A program made the translations under genes and the position numbers. Under the pieces are notes generated by a model. It saw nothing but the letters and a program-made list of their open reading frames with translations. It searched no databases and had not been told where the DNA came from. A DNA stretch of 63,967 nucleotides, the filler included, from Bigelowiella natans CCMP2755 (Eukaryota; Protista; Cercozoa), in NCBI GenBank assembly GCA_000320545.1. It is 4 parts of 4 records of this genome, joined end to end, with 100 filler letters (N's around TTAATTAATTAA, not from the genome) between each part and the next. Parts side by side here need not be neighbours in the genome. Positions count along the whole stretch, not along the records: positions 62,959 to 63,967 come from ADNK01001737.1; 3 more parts are not named here. One strand, written 5' to 3'. Positions 63,947-63,967 of the stretch are shown piece by piece. The number at the start of each line of letters is the position of its first letter. Position 1 is the stretch's first letter.

Positions 63947-63967
63947 AATGGGGTTGCTTCATTCATA

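Overview
Eukaryotic, intron-rich nuclear DNA, probably from a plastid-bearing protist (it encodes an MGDG synthase; a chlorarachniophyte-like alga is my guess, not demonstrated). The window is four unrelated contigs (1-19725, 19826-41159, 41260-62858, 62959-63967) joined by artificial N44-TTAATTAATTAA-N44 spacers. Manual splicing supports about 17 genes. These include mitochondrial S9, a WD40 protein, a TBC-TLDc protein, a CDK-like kinase with a fused cyclin-like box, MGDG synthase, aminopeptidase N, a FAM133-like protein and an ankyrin + tyrosine-kinase-like protein. Also present are a Cys-less IscA paralog, Dim1, a MYST acetyltransferase, a 2OG-Fe(II) oxygenase and a BT1-like transporter. 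Most short ORFs in the supplied track are microsatellite artefacts. Genes mostly alternate in strand. Divergent promoter gaps are short and keep CpG. Gaps downstream of 3' ends are filled with CTAG/CATG/TGCA-saturated DNA that looks like CpG sequence decayed by deamination on both strands. One such island contains a 5'-truncated, tail-less LINE with a 17-bp target-site duplication. The last contig is AT-rich and carries a frameshifted giant-virus-type zinc-repeat/HNH nuclease gene. All gene models were spliced by eye, so coordinates of uncertain ends are approximate.
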